Shown in pieces: positions 63,666 to 64,000 of a DNA stretch of 64,000 nt. Below the pieces are notes generated by a model. That model searched no databases. It saw only the letters and a program-made list of their open reading frames with translations, and had not been told where the DNA came from. A program made the translations under genes and the position numbers. How positions within the stretch are numbered: position 1 is the first letter of the stretch; each line of letters begins with the position of its first letter. This DNA comes from Paragordius varius (Eukaryota > Animalia > Nematomorpha), in NCBI GenBank assembly GCA_964247055.1, contig OZ176056.1:930001-994000 (forward strand). The letters are read 5' to 3'.

Positions 63666-63998
63666 TCATTTATCGCATGATTCGCTACACGGCGTCATAA
63701 TACTTTGGTTGAGGGTGTTTAATATAGGGTTTGTAGTTGTAACATCGTTTTCCGATACCATATTTCTTGTTTCATCAACGCACAGTTTATTATTACTGCT
63801 GGTTTCATTAGCATTCCAGGAAGATGCTGGGGATGCCACAGGTCCTCCGAAATTATTTTCTTCTGTGTTATGATGTTGACCAGTAAGTCCGCTTGAAACA
63901 TGGCCTTCGTTTTGTCCTCCATTACTGCTAGTTTGACTCGCAGTTGTTCCACCTCGAAACTTTTTGTGAGGAATGGAGGGATCTGATTCATTATTGTT
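63666..63998 (-). CDS. C-terminal, low-complexity coding segment of an unidentified gene entering from the right edge of the window
   Basis: GC content is elevated. An open frame different from the track ORF reads NNNESDPSIPHKKFRGGTTASQTSSNGGQNEG...MTPCSESCDK-stop (TGA 63668-63666), with the N/S/T/G-rich composition typical of this genome's proteins. No recognisable domain. Confidence 0.5.
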   Translation of the reverse strand, partial: NNNESDPSIPHKKFRGGTTASQTSSNGGQNEGHVSSGLTGQHHNTEENNFGGPVASPASSWNANETSSNNKLCVDETRNMVSENDVTTTNPILNTLNQSIMTPCSESCDK

Positions 63999-64000
63999 GT

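Noticed and set aside
63719-63991. Track ORF of 90 aa as the real reading frame
   Set aside because: An overlapping frame open from the window edge to 63666 is longer and has a composition typical of this genome's proteins.

Overview
Very AT-rich genomic DNA from an invertebrate metazoan (probably a protostome), with spliceosomal GT-AG introns. I found no rRNA, tRNA or CRISPR signal. Hand-spliced gene models, all with consistent intron phases: (1) the 3' part of coatomer beta (COPB1, +, 544-9222); (2) a complete tyrosine hydroxylase (+, 10995-17226, 13 exons); (3) a DUF4211/QSER1-CCDC82-like gene (-, 18195-19699) that only reads through if two ultra-short GT-AG introns of 23 and 22 nt are removed; (4) a 32-exon R3-type receptor tyrosine phosphatase (-, 22592-45613, about 2,940 codons); (5) a divergently transcribed gene for an EB-module membrane protein with a Tyr-rich, acidic tail (+, about 47940-58975), carrying a decayed Mag-like Ty3/gypsy LTR retrotransposon (51719-56250) in one intron; (6) the 3' end of an unidentified minus-strand gene at the right edge. 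Introns and intergenic DNA hold at least four MITE families, a 160-bp mini-Helitron, (TA)n tracts and minisatellites. The most notable observations are the 22-23 nt micro-introns, the tandem decoy copies of a conserved COPB1 exon start, and a tyrosine hydroxylase lacking the canonical PKA serine. Homology statements come from my recall of family sequences, not from a database search.
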